This document shows positions 8,432-17,600 of a stretch of 64,000 bases of DNA, one piece after another (positions within the stretch are counted from its first letter, which is position 1; every line of letters starts with the position of its first letter). The position numbers were made by a program, and so were the translations under genes. This DNA is from Candidatus Adlerbacteria bacterium (GTDB taxonomy: Bacteria > Patescibacteriota > Minisyncoccia > Phycocordibacterales > SBAW01). Location of the stretch: positions 1,446-65,445 of the forward strand of contig JARIGK010000001.1 of assembly GCA_029288895.1 (NCBI GenBank), read 5' to 3'. The notes below the pieces were generated by a model that searched no databases, had not been told where the DNA came from, and worked only from the letters and a program-made list of their open reading frames with translations.

Positions 8432-9126
8432 TGCGCGTCACTTCGACTTACCTCGCGTAACAATTTGAGGTCGTCTGACCACTTCGAGCCGTCCCACCAT
8501 TGGAGCGGCTCGAAGTTCGTTTTATAAAGTGCATGTTCTCCGTACACAGTACCCAGATAGTAATATGTAAGGCCGCGCTCTTTCGCCGCGCGAATACAAT
8601 CGAGCATGAGCCACATGCCAAGCGACTGTCGTGCGTACTCGATATTGTAAAAGGAGTACCAGTAGTGGCCCATGTCGCCATCTTCGACTTCGAGCACGTA
8701 GGCCTCGATTACTCCATTAAGTGTGTAGGTGACGACGGTCGTGATAATGCCATACGCGAACAGTGCTTCGATGCGCGGGCGCGGCATAGCGTTGGCGCCG
8801 TGCTTTTGGGCAAAGTAGGTGAGCGACAAATCCCAGAAATGATCGTCTGGCACAAACTCAGCAAATGGGATGCGCTCTATGTCGAACGTGCCGTCGAAGC
8901 GCTTTGCGATGCGGCGGTTTTCGCTTGTGAGTTCAAACTTCGGCAGCACGACGCGGGCGCTGCGGCCAGAATAAAAAATGTCGGTGCTGTTCTTTGCGCC
9001 TGAATAGGGGAGATAGCCTTCTGCGTACACATGCGCGAGCGGCTCGCCTTCGCGCATAATCCACTTTGTATCTGGGCGCGCTATGTAGATGTCGAAATCT
9101 TTGTGGGGGAGCGAGATTGATTTCAT
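8428..9126 (-). CDS. arginyl/leucyl-tRNA--protein transferase (ATE/Bpt) family protein
   Basis: C-terminal LTYYYLGTVYGEHALYKTNFEPLQWWDG resembles the ATE1 C-terminal YYYLGYYIH...KMxYKxxFxP motif. Confidence 0.55.
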   Translation of the reverse strand: MKSISLPHKDFDIYIARPDTKWIMREGEPLAHVYAEGYLPYSGAKNSTDIFYSGRSARVVLPKFELTSENRRIAKRFDGTFDIERIPFAEFVPDDHFWDLSLTYFAQKHGANAMPRPRIEALFAYGIITTVVTYTLNGVIEAYVLEVEDGDMGHYWYSFYNIEYARQSLGMWLMLDCIRAAKERGLTYYYLGTVYGEHALYKTNFEPLQWWDGSKWSDDLKLLREVSRSDAH

Positions 9127-10538
9127 GCAGGAAATTGTTTCTCGGCCAATGCAGGAATGGATGCAAGCAACCCGTCGAAGCCGCCCGAGGTCAGCAACAG
9201 TACAGCGTCTGTACCTTGTAACTCGCCTTCAAGATGCGCGAGTGCTTCGGCAGGGCTCGTAATTGCCTCTGCGTCTATACCGCTTGCGTTGACGCGCGCA
9301 ACGATTTCTTCTTGTGAAAGTTGCTCGTGCGTGTCTTTGCCCTGCGATGCAGGCTCATATATATAGACACGGTCCGCACCCTGGAAGACATGGTCGTACC
9401 ACTCGAGTGCGGCGCGGTTTCGCCAACTAAACGTGTGCGGCTCAAACACGACAACAAGGCGGCGTTCGGGGAAATGTTTTTTCATCGCAGCGATGGCGCT
9501 CTTGGCCTTTTCGTACGACGAGCCAAAGCCTTCATACACAGGCACGCTTGAGCGGGGTGAGAGTAATTCCATGCGGCGCTTTACACCTTGGAACGATGCC
9601 ACACCGTGTGCCAATTCTTCCCGAGTGAGTGCGCCCTTTTCAAGCAAGAGGGCGCTTATGCCAACGATGTTTTCTATATTGTGTTCGCCAAGCAGTGTCG
9701 TTGAAAGAGAGATGATTTTTTCTTCTGCCTTCATCAGGTCAAACGTCGTGGTTGCGCCGTAGGAAATGTTTGCTGCGTGCCACGTCGATGCGTCGCGGAG
9801 CGAATACAGCACAATCTTTCCGGTATACGCGTCTGCTAATGCGCGTGCGTACTGTTCACCGCCGTTGGCAACAAGGAGGCCGTCTGCGGGGAGCGATGCG
9901 ATCAGTTGTGTAAATGGCGCGAGGTAGTCTGCGTGGGTGGGGTAGATGTTGACGTGGTCGTGCGTTGCAGATGTGAGCAAGATGCTCTGCGCGTTGTAGT
10001 GCAAAAATTTTGATTGTGCATCCCAGTTCGATGAGGGGTATTCGTCGCCTTCGAGCACAAACATAGTTCCTTGGCCGCGGTGGGCGTGCGCGTCAAAGCC
10101 GCGCGTCACTTCTCCAATAAAATAGCTCGGGTCTTTGCCTGCTTCTTTCAAACACCAGGCGAGCAATGCAGTGGATGTAGATTTCCCATAGCTGCCCGCA
10201 ACAACAATATTGTCAGTTTCTTTCGTGAGCTCTTCCAATACATCAGGGAATGACTTCACCGATTTACCGCTTTCAAATGCCGCTTGTACTTCTTCGTTTG
10301 TTTCAGGAACAAGTTTTGCGTTTTTACCGATCACTATAATGTCTGCATCAGCGGGGATATTCTCTTTTTTGTAGCCGTGGGAAAAGAGGATGTGCGCATG
10401 TTCAAGGTAGGTGCTTACGGGCGGGTAGAAGCCTTCGTCCGAGCCGCTAATGTCCCAGCCTGCTTCGCGCAAGAGTAGCGCCGTGGCGCTCATGCCTTTG
10501 CCAGCAATGCCAATAAAGTGGGCTTTCATATACGCCAT
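9123..10538 (-). CDS. mpl: Mur ligase of the Mpl/MurC family (UDP-N-acetylmuramate:L-alanyl-gamma-D-glutamyl-meso-DAP ligase-like)
   Basis: N-terminal HFIGIAGKGMSATALLLREAGWDISGSD, P-loop VAGSYGKSTSTALLAWCL, and DEYPSSNWDAQSKFLHYNAQSILLTSATHDH, which matches the Mpl-type SKFxHY block. Confidence 0.75.
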   Translation of the reverse strand: MAYMKAHFIGIAGKGMSATALLLREAGWDISGSDEGFYPPVSTYLEHAHILFSHGYKKENIPADADIIVIGKNAKLVPETNEEVQAAFESGKSVKSFPDVLEELTKETDNIVVAGSYGKSTSTALLAWCLKEAGKDPSYFIGEVTRGFDAHAHRGQGTMFVLEGDEYPSSNWDAQSKFLHYNAQSILLTSATHDHVNIYPTHADYLAPFTQLIASLPADGLLVANGGEQYARALADAYTGKIVLYSLRDASTWHAANISYGATTTFDLMKAEEKIISLSTTLLGEHNIENIVGISALLLEKGALTREELAHGVASFQGVKRRMELLSPRSSVPVYEGFGSSYEKAKSAIAAMKKHFPERRLVVVFEPHTFSWRNRAALEWYDHVFQGADRVYIYEPASQGKDTHEQLSQEEIVARVNASGIDAEAITSPAEALAHLEGELQGTDAVLLLTSGGFDGLLASIPALAEKQFPA

Positions 10539-10561
10539 GCTAGCACCTCATCAGATAAAGA

Positions 10562-10594
10562 AAAAACCGTTCCCTAGGTAGGGAACGGTTGATC
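10562..10594 (-). terminator. Rho-independent terminator (minus strand)
   Basis: Palindrome accgttccctaggtagggaacggt; on the minus strand it is followed by TTTTTTC. Confidence 0.7.
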
Positions 10595-11482
10595 TCACGA
10601 TTGTCGGACAGCAGCCATCAGACAGCGCAACTGCTTGTCGTTATTGCGCGTCGTATGGAAACCTTCGGGCAGATAGGCGTGGCGTGTTTCCACGTTGATG
10701 CGATAGTGCCCGAATTGTTCGCGAATGATCACGGGGAGGTCGATACCGAACATCGTGCCGTCCAGTTCTTTGAGAGCTTCGTCGCCGAAGCGAGACGGGA
10801 CATGCGTGTAGAGTTTCGGGTTGCGTCGCCTGTACTCCTCCTCTTTGACCTTCCGAGGATCGCGCTCGAAGTCGAAGTGCTCGGGCGGAATGGCCCACAT
10901 AACATGCGCTTCGACTTCTTGAGGTCTGAAAAGCGTACCTTTTGCCGTGCAGATGCCTTTCAGCTTCTGCACGGCTGAATCAACAACGCTCTCGTTTTCT
11001 CTTCCTCGTTCGGTGCCGTCGGAGTCGATCCACTTCTTGTCGACAAGGCACCAAAGCCCAGCGTGGAGGAAGAGGACGATGTGGCCGTAGATGAGTATGA
11101 TCATCGGGCAACCGCCGACACTAAAGACGCCTGCGTCGCCGGGGCGGCGCAGAAACGTCCCGTCGGCGTACACAGCTTTGTTCGTGCTCCGGTGCATCGT
11201 GATGTTGCGGCCAATAGGGAACGCGACATCAAGAGCGTCGGGGTCGATGATCTTGGCGTTGAAGTCGGTTGGGGTCGGTGCGTAGACATGGGTGGCGCCC
11301 ATGTCGCGCAGCGCCAGGCTCACGCGCCCACAGAGCTCCGACTTTTCTCGAGCCGCGGCTTCGCTGTAGAGGCCTGCAAGCGACCAGTTAGGGCCGCTCA
11401 TGCAGCTCATAGCGATTGTGACGCCGCTTCGGCTTTCGATGACGGTTTCAACGGGAGTGATTCCACGGGTCAGAATGTCCAC
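10595..11482 (-). CDS. DUF152/YfiH (PgeF-like peptidoglycan-editing, purine nucleoside phosphorylase LACC1) family protein
   Basis: AVYADGTFL...GDAGVFSVGGCPMIIL...HAGLWCL matches the ADG...GCxP...HAGWRG core of the YfiH/PgeF family. Confidence 0.55.
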   Translation of the reverse strand: MDILTRGITPVETVIESRSGVTIAMSCMSGPNWSLAGLYSEAAAREKSELCGRVSLALRDMGATHVYAPTPTDFNAKIIDPDALDVAFPIGRNITMHRSTNKAVYADGTFLRRPGDAGVFSVGGCPMIILIYGHIVLFLHAGLWCLVDKKWIDSDGTERGRENESVVDSAVQKLKGICTAKGTLFRPQEVEAHVMWAIPPEHFDFERDPRKVKEEEYRRRNPKLYTHVPSRFGDEALKELDGTMFGIDLPVIIREQFGHYRINVETRHAYLPEGFHTTRNNDKQLRCLMAAVRQS

Positions 11483-11571
11483 CGGTATCTCCTTTTGGGA
11501 TCAGTGAAAGGGCAGTTCGAACGTTAGAATGCGTAAATTTTCTTTAAATGTCAATCAAACTTCATGAAAAA

Positions 11572-11602
11572 GAAAAACCCAGGTCTTGGAAGACCTGGGT
11601 CA
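11572..11602 (-). terminator. Rho-independent terminator (minus strand)
   Basis: Hairpin cccaggtcttggaagacctggg; on the minus strand it is followed by a T-run (tttttctttttcat). Confidence 0.75.
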
Positions 11603-11632
11603 TGTTCAATTCGCTGCCCTGATGAGGCAAGG

Positions 11633-12154
11633 CTAGCCGTTGGCGCCGCCGACGGAGAGCTGGAGCGAACCGGACCAGCGATGGCCGAGCGGATAGTTGC
11701 CGGCCATGATCTGGTACTTCACCTTGTCGTGATATTGGTCACGAGCAACGCGTCCATCACCGCCGACGGGCCACTTGTTGATGCGACCGTTGCCATCCGC
11801 GGGCTTGATGACGCCGTTCTCGTTGCCGATTCCGCCCGTGCCGGTGCCCGGCCCGAACTTCATCTGCGCGACCAGGCCTTCGAAGGGATCCTTGAGCACT
11901 TCGCCGACACCTTCGCTCGCGGCGAGGATGTGCAGAGTGCCAGGATCGATGATCGTCTGTTCGATCGGCATCATGGAGATCTGGTTGGCCATCTTGATGG
12001 CGTCCAGGTTCATGCCGACGATCTTGTCGGTCGGTCCGATCACGACGATGTTGAACCCGCGCAGGTCGAGGTTCTTGTCGATCGCCAGGGCCGGTGCGCC
12101 CATCACGGGGAGCCCAATAAGCGCCACCGCTGTTACCAAAGCTTTCTTCATCAT
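11633..12154 (-). CDS. secreted hypothetical protein (signal peptide, Gly-rich C-terminus)
   Basis: N-terminal MMKKALVTAVALIGLPVMGAPALA signal peptide. No recognisable catalytic motif. Confidence 0.55.
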   Translation of the reverse strand: MMKKALVTAVALIGLPVMGAPALAIDKNLDLRGFNIVVIGPTDKIVGMNLDAIKMANQISMMPIEQTIIDPGTLHILAASEGVGEVLKDPFEGLVAQMKFGPGTGTGGIGNENGVIKPADGNGRINKWPVGGDGRVARDQYHDKVKYQIMAGNYPLGHRWSGSLQLSVGGANG

Positions 12155-12299
12155 CTCCTCCTGAGTGAGAGTTTAGACGCGTACGCTTTGCAAATCTAAA
12201 AAAGAACTCCACCCCCTTTCACCTATGAGCATTTCATAGTGGGCCAATTATGCAAGAGCTAGACGTGCATAAGGATGTCGTGTCTGGTATCACTTATGT

Positions 12300-12962
12300 A
12301 TGTCAAAGCTTTCTGTCGTCGCGACCCCTATAGGCAACTTGGAAGATATAACCCTCCGCGCGCTGCGCATATTAAAGGAGGCGGACATCGTCGCGTGCGA
12401 AGATACGCGCGTCACCAAAAAGCTGCTCGCGCACTTTGATATTCATACACCCACCGCAACGCATGCGCGCGTGCTATCACTTTTAGAAGAAGGTAAACAT
12501 GTGGCGCTTGTGTCTGATGCAGGGAGTCCTGGTGTGTCGGACCCAGGTTTGGAAATTGTTTCCCACGCTCGCGACGCGGGCCACACAATAGAAGTCATTC
12601 CAGGTGCTTCTGCACTTGCGGCTGCTATTTCTATCGCAGGCCTGCGCGCGCCAACATTTACCTTCTATGGGTTTTTGCCAACCAAAAAGGGGAGAGAAAC
12701 ACTCTTTAAAGAAATTGCAGAAAGTACTCGCGCAAGCGTCTTCTACGAATCACCGCACCGGATTGTTAAAACAGTCGAGAAGCTATACGAATTACTCGGC
12801 AGTACGGGTAAAGGGCACGTGAGGCGCGTGGGACTTTTCCGCGAGCTGACCAAGATGTTCGAAGAGCACATTGTAGGTACGCCGGCCGAGATTTTGGAGG
12901 CTTTCGAGAGTGACGCCAACAAGCAGCGGGGCGAATTTGTCGTCATTGTGGAGGCGGCCTAG
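12300..12962 (+). CDS. rsmI: 16S rRNA (cytidine1402-2'-O)-methyltransferase
   Basis: LSVVATPIGNLEDITLRALRILKEADIVACEDTRVT...SDAGSPGVSDPG tetrapyrrole-methylase-type RsmI signature. Confidence 0.9.
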   Translation: MSKLSVVATPIGNLEDITLRALRILKEADIVACEDTRVTKKLLAHFDIHTPTATHARVLSLLEEGKHVALVSDAGSPGVSDPGLEIVSHARDAGHTIEVIPGASALAAAISIAGLRAPTFTFYGFLPTKKGRETLFKEIAESTRASVFYESPHRIVKTVEKLYELLGSTGKGHVRRVGLFRELTKMFEEHIVGTPAEILEAFESDANKQRGEFVVIVEAA

Positions 12963-12983
12963 CGGTTGTGCTACCATGTGGGC

Positions 12984-13232
12984 ATGTCTCGAGAAATGAC
13001 GCTCATCGTGCTGGGTATTTTGACCATCGTTATTCCGTATACCGGCTTCCCAAGCGCATGGCGTACCGCAGCGCTTGTCTTGTGCGGCGCGGCAGTGGCA
13101 CTCATCGGCTTTATGATGCGCGGCCAAGCACTCGGCAAATCTTCTGCTACGAACGAACATCATCCATTTCAAGAAAGCATGCGCCCTGTAAGTGACATCC
13201 GTCCAAGTGGGATGGAAGAACAGCTGAGCTAA
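12984..13232 (+). CDS. small membrane protein (two predicted TM helices)
   Basis: Hydrophobic segments LIVLGILTIVIPYTGF and AALVLCGAAVALIGFMM. ORF-level evidence only. Confidence 0.35.
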   Translation: MSREMTLIVLGILTIVIPYTGFPSAWRTAALVLCGAAVALIGFMMRGQALGKSSATNEHHPFQESMRPVSDIRPSGMEEQLS

Positions 13233-13273
13233 AGTCTTTTCTTCATATTGTGCTGGTATACTTCTAGAAAGGT

Positions 13274-15076
13274 ATGCAGCAGGATCCGCAGAAAGTTACA
13301 TACATTGCACAAACAAACTCGCGCGGCAAAGCGATGCCGTTTGGTATTAAGCGCCGCGACCGCGAGCGCCACATGTATATCATCGGCAAGACGGGCATGG
13401 GTAAATCAACCTTGCTCGAGAACATGGCCATCCAGGATATCCGCAACGGCGAGGGTATGGCCTTTATCGACCCGCACGGCTCCACGGCAGACCGCTTGCT
13501 TGAATATGTACCAGAACACCGGATCAAAGACGTGGTGTACTTTGCGCCGTTCGATATGGACCACCCTGTGGCCTTTAACGTCATGGAAGACGTGGGCTAC
13601 GACAAGCGCCACTTAGTTGTCTCGGGGTTGCTTTCTGCGTTTAAAAAATTGTGGGTGGATGCATTTAGCGCCCGCATGGAGTACATCTTGTCCAACACAT
13701 TGTTGGCGCTTTTGGAGTACCCAGGCGCAACACTTCTGGATGTGAACCGCATGCTCGTCAACAAAAACTTCCGCAAAAAAGTTGTTGAGAATATCAGCGA
13801 TCCAGTTGTGAAGGCATTTTGGGCAGAAGAATTTGCAAACTACACCGACCGCTATACGCAAGAAGCGACGCCGGCAATTCAAAACAAAATCGGCCAGTTC
13901 ACGAGCAACCCTCTGATTCGCAACATTGTGGGGCAGCCCAAGTCGTCGTTCGACATACGCCAGCTGATGGATGAGAAAAAAATCATCATCATGAACCTCT
14001 CGAAGGGGCGCGTGGGCGAAGTAAATGCAAACCTGCTTGGCTCGATGCTCGTCACCAAAATTTATTTGGCAGCGATGTCGCGCGCCGATGTGCCGGCACG
14101 CACGCTTACTGAGCTTCCGTCATTCTACTTTTACGTCGACGAATTCCAGAACTTTGCGAACGAAAGCTTTGCCGACATTTTGTCGGAGGCTCGTAAATAT
14201 AAATTGAATCTCATCATCGCGCACCAATATATAGAACAGATGGAAGAAGAGGTGCGCAACGCCGTGTTCGGCAACGTTGGTACGACGGTGGCCTTCCGTG
14301 TGGGGCCCTTTGATGCCGAGGTGCTCGAGACCATCTTCCAGCCGCAGTTTAGCCAGTCGGACTTGGTGAACTTGGGGTTTGCGCAGGTGTATATGACGCT
14401 CATGATTGACGGCGTTGGTTCGCCGCCGTTTTCGGCAACGACAATGGCGCCGTTTGACCAGCCGCCTGCAAAATTTGTTGAACAAGTTATAGAAAGCTCG
14501 CGCTCGCAGTTTGCCAAGAGACGCCAGGATGTCGAAAAAGCGCTTGTAGAGTGGAGCGAGCCCGACAGCATGGTTCAGAAAAAAGCTCCAGCTCCAGCGG
14601 CACAGAAACCAGTTTCTCCCGAGCCTGCGCGAAACTTTTCGACCGGTGCTGCCGCGCCTACCAACGTTTCGGCTAAGCCTATTTCTGCTTCGCCCAAACA
14701 CGACGTGTCGCGGATGCCGAAGCAGAATTTTGCCGCGGTTCCCCAGAACCGATCGGAAAATTCTGCGCAGGCTTCGTCCACACCTATGAAGCCAAAGGCG
14801 CCAGAGAGGCCGCCGATAGAAGGTGCAACCAGTTTGAAAGAAGCACTTCTGCAGGCGCAAGCGCACGCAAAAAAACCAGACGAAAAGCCAGAGCAGCACG
14901 CAGTCGTTCGAGAGCCACAGATGCCGGCCGCACAACAACCCTCTTCAAACAATTATCAACCAACGCTTAAAGAAGCGCTTGGCAAAATAGTAGGGGACAA
15001 AACTCCTACATCAATGCCTGCAGAGACGCTCCGCGATATGCTTCGCGTCGATGAACCAGGTAAAACAGCTCAGTAA
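13274..15076 (+). CDS. TraG/TraD/VirD4-like type IV secretion coupling-ATPase-family protein, soluble, with a Pro/Ala/Gln/Lys-rich disordered C-terminal tail
   Basis: Walker A IIGKTGMGKST and Walker B FYFYVDEFQNF. The central region is typical of the T4SS DNA-binding-domain ATPases annotated in CPR genomes. There are no N-terminal TM helices. The last 190 aa or so are low-complexity. Confidence 0.7.
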   Translation: MQQDPQKVTYIAQTNSRGKAMPFGIKRRDRERHMYIIGKTGMGKSTLLENMAIQDIRNGEGMAFIDPHGSTADRLLEYVPEHRIKDVVYFAPFDMDHPVAFNVMEDVGYDKRHLVVSGLLSAFKKLWVDAFSARMEYILSNTLLALLEYPGATLLDVNRMLVNKNFRKKVVENISDPVVKAFWAEEFANYTDRYTQEATPAIQNKIGQFTSNPLIRNIVGQPKSSFDIRQLMDEKKIIIMNLSKGRVGEVNANLLGSMLVTKIYLAAMSRADVPARTLTELPSFYFYVDEFQNFANESFADILSEARKYKLNLIIAHQYIEQMEEEVRNAVFGNVGTTVAFRVGPFDAEVLETIFQPQFSQSDLVNLGFAQVYMTLMIDGVGSPPFSATTMAPFDQPPAKFVEQVIESSRSQFAKRRQDVEKALVEWSEPDSMVQKKAPAPAAQKPVSPEPARNFSTGAAAPTNVSAKPISASPKHDVSRMPKQNFAAVPQNRSENSAQASSTPMKPKAPERPPIEGATSLKEALLQAQAHAKKPDEKPEQHAVVREPQMPAAQQPSSNNYQPTLKEALGKIVGDKTPTSMPAETLRDMLRVDEPGKTAQ

Positions 15077-16469
15077 CGTTCTCTTTCTCGCAAGTGTGAT
15101 GTTCGTGTGCTGCACGCCCATAAGGGCGTTTGCGGCAGTGCAGATTACAGAAATTATGTACGACGTGCCAGGTACCGACACCGGTCGCGAATGGGTCGAA
15201 GTCACGAACACGGGCTCTGTGGCCGAAGACTTGGGTGCGTACAGATTATTCGAAGGCAATACCAACCACAGCATCACAGTGTTGTCGGGCAGCGGCATAT
15301 TGGTTGCGGGTGCATCTGCAGTAGTTGTCGAAGATGGTGCAAAGTTCGCTGCCGACTGGCCGTCGTATGCGGGGCCGGTGCTCAAAAGTTCGTTCTCACT
15401 TTCAAACACGGGCGAGACGATAGGGATAAAAGATTCGTCGCTCACGCTCGTTGATTCGGCGACGTACGATTCGAGTATGGGTGCCGCGGGCGATGGAAAT
15501 TCTTTGCAGCGCTCGGGCGCTACGTTTGCAGCAGGTGCGGCCAACCCGGGCACATATAGCGGCAGCGCATCACCGAGCACACCAAACCAACAACAGAGTT
15601 CGTCATCGCCCCCTGCTCCTGGGCAAACGCAGCAAGTGAGCGCAGGCACCGTAAGCGGACCTGCGTCCTTGTCAATTGATATCGATGCAGAACCATACGT
15701 GCTCGTAGGGGCGGGGTCGTTCTTTACTGGTTCGGCGAGCGATGACAAAGGCCAAAAATCAGACGCTCGGTACATCTGGAGCTTTGGCGACGGCGCAACA
15801 GAAATAGGGCAGACGGTCTTCCATTCATTCACATACCCGGGCACATATATAGTCGAGCTCTCTGCCGGATGGGGCGTGCAGGCTGGCATTGGTCGTATCA
15901 CTGTCGAAGCTGCGCCACCGCAGGTCGGGTTGCTTGTAGAACCTGATGGATCGATTGCTGTTATGAACAAAGCGCAGAACGAACTCAACCTTGGGCTTTG
16001 GAGCATTACTTCTGGCACAACAACGTTTGTGATCCCAGAACACACCATCCTCATGGCGCACGGCAGTGTCCGCTTCGCAACATCGGTAATGCATATGAGT
16101 GCAGGGCAGGACGCAGCACTCAGGTATCCCAATCAAACATTCGTCGCTGGAGCCATTCCGGTACATGCCGAGCCTGCGCAAAACTTTTCCAGCGGTTCTT
16201 CCGAACCGGGAGAAAGTTCTGCTTCGGCATCAGCTAAGTCTCGAGTAGGTTCTGCCGCAAAGATACAGGCCACTACAGAAAAGACTTCTTCAACTACGCC
16301 AACCATTCTTGTGGCTGCAGCTGGGCAGAGTGGATTTTCGCTGCCGCTGTGGTCGTATGTATTGGGTGGGGCAGGGTTCGTGTTTCTTGGGATTGGCGGG
16401 GCCTCGTATGTAGGCTTTCCGCGCCGCAAGGTAACTAATATCGGTACAGATGAGTTTGAGATAGAATAA
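15051..16469 (+). CDS. secreted lamin-tail-domain (LTD) plus PKD-domain protein with a C-terminal transmembrane anchor
   Basis: N-terminal signal peptide. LTD motif ITEIMYDVPGTDTGREWVEVTNTG...YRLFEGN. PKD-like YIWSFGDGATEIGQTVFHSFTYPGTYIVELSA. C-terminal hydrophobic LPLWSYVLGGAGFVFLGIGG. It overlaps the upstream ATPase gene by 26 nt. Confidence 0.75.
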   Translation: MNQVKQLSNVLFLASVMFVCCTPIRAFAAVQITEIMYDVPGTDTGREWVEVTNTGSVAEDLGAYRLFEGNTNHSITVLSGSGILVAGASAVVVEDGAKFAADWPSYAGPVLKSSFSLSNTGETIGIKDSSLTLVDSATYDSSMGAAGDGNSLQRSGATFAAGAANPGTYSGSASPSTPNQQQSSSSPPAPGQTQQVSAGTVSGPASLSIDIDAEPYVLVGAGSFFTGSASDDKGQKSDARYIWSFGDGATEIGQTVFHSFTYPGTYIVELSAGWGVQAGIGRITVEAAPPQVGLLVEPDGSIAVMNKAQNELNLGLWSITSGTTTFVIPEHTILMAHGSVRFATSVMHMSAGQDAALRYPNQTFVAGAIPVHAEPAQNFSSGSSEPGESSASASAKSRVGSAAKIQATTEKTSSTTPTILVAAAGQSGFSLPLWSYVLGGAGFVFLGIGGASYVGFPRRKVTNIGTDEFEIE

Positions 16470-16490
16470 GGCTACCCTTAGCCTTTTTCT

Positions 16491-17600
16491 ATGCTCGAAA
16501 AGAAGAAAATCCTTATTTTGAGCCTCGCATACTACCCTCATGTAGGTGGGGCGGAGGTTGCTATCAAAGAGATTACCGACCGAATTTCTGACATCGAATT
16601 CCACATGGTAACGATGCGCTTTTCGCCATCCGAACTGGCACAAGAACAAATCGGGAACATACTCGTGCATCGAATAGGGAATGGTAGTTCGATGCTCGAT
16701 AAATTCTTCTTCCAACTTCGTGCAGCACCATTCGCATCAGCATTACATCGCCAACATACGTACGATGCCGTGTGGGCGATGATGGCGCACTCGGCGGGTG
16801 TGCCCGCAGCATTGTTCAAGCAATCACATCCAGATGTGCCGTTGCTTCTTACACTTCAAGAAGGTGACCCGCCAAAACACATTGAGCGCACGATGGTGCC
16901 ATTGTGGCCACTCTTCACGCGCGCGTTCACAAAGGCCGACCGCGTACAAACAATTTCCAATTTCTTGGGTGTATGGGCACGAGCGCGCCACTTCAAGGGC
17001 CCGCTTATTGTCATACCAAACGGTGTTGATCTTCTGCATTTTGCAGGTGCATCTATTCCGCACGAGGGGACGGTGCTTGTGACAGCGTCGCGCTTGGTCC
17101 ACAAAAATGCAGTCGACGATATCATTCGCGCACTCAAACTTCTGCCTGACGTTCGCCTTTGTATTGCGGGCACTGGTAAGGAAGAATCTGCGCTTCGCAT
17201 GTTGGCACGTAGAGAGGGTGTAGAGCAGCGCATCGAGTTTATAGGCCACGTCGACCACGCACAGTTGCCAAACGTTTTGCACGCGTCCGATATCTTCATC
17301 CGTCCGTCGCGCTCGGAAGGTATGGGCAATGCATTTATCGAAGCGATGGCGGCGGGCATCCCAGTTATTGGCACCGCTGTTGGTGGTATCCCTGACTTTC
17401 TGCACGACAACGAAACTGGTTTTGTTGTCGAAGTAAATAATCCAAAAAGTATTGCCGCTGCAGTCCAAAAAATCATTTCTGACAAAACAAACACGGCGCG
17501 CATTGTCCAGAATGCAATGCAGCTTTCAAAGGAGTACGATTGGAATATTGTGGCAGAGCGGATGGAAAAGGAAGCGTTTGAACCTCTATGGCAAAAGTAA
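16491..17600 (+). CDS. glycosyltransferase family 4
   Basis: GT4 C-terminal motif RPSRSEGMGNAFIEAMAAGIPVIGTAVGGIPDFL. Confidence 0.8.
   Translation: MLEKKKILILSLAYYPHVGGAEVAIKEITDRISDIEFHMVTMRFSPSELAQEQIGNILVHRIGNGSSMLDKFFFQLRAAPFASALHRQHTYDAVWAMMAHSAGVPAALFKQSHPDVPLLLTLQEGDPPKHIERTMVPLWPLFTRAFTKADRVQTISNFLGVWARARHFKGPLIVIPNGVDLLHFAGASIPHEGTVLVTASRLVHKNAVDDIIRALKLLPDVRLCIAGTGKEESALRMLARREGVEQRIEFIGHVDHAQLPNVLHASDIFIRPSRSEGMGNAFIEAMAAGIPVIGTAVGGIPDFLHDNETGFVVEVNNPKSIAAAVQKIISDKTNTARIVQNAMQLSKEYDWNIVAERMEKEAFEPLWQK

Noticed and set aside
11063-12212. ORFs 11063..11527 (+), 11564..12199 (+), 11757..12212 (-)
   Set aside because: They overlap the PgeF-like and secreted-protein genes on the opposite strand or in alternative frames. 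Their translations are Arg/Asp/His-rich without domains, whereas the chosen frames carry a signal peptide and the YfiH core motifs.
14120-16132. Long antisense ORFs 14120..14938 (-) 272 aa and 15011..16132 (-) 373 aa
   Set aside because: They are embedded opposite the well-supported T4SS-ATPase-like and LTD/PKD genes. Their translations are Arg/Cys-rich with no domains. They are typical GC-rich antisense artefacts.
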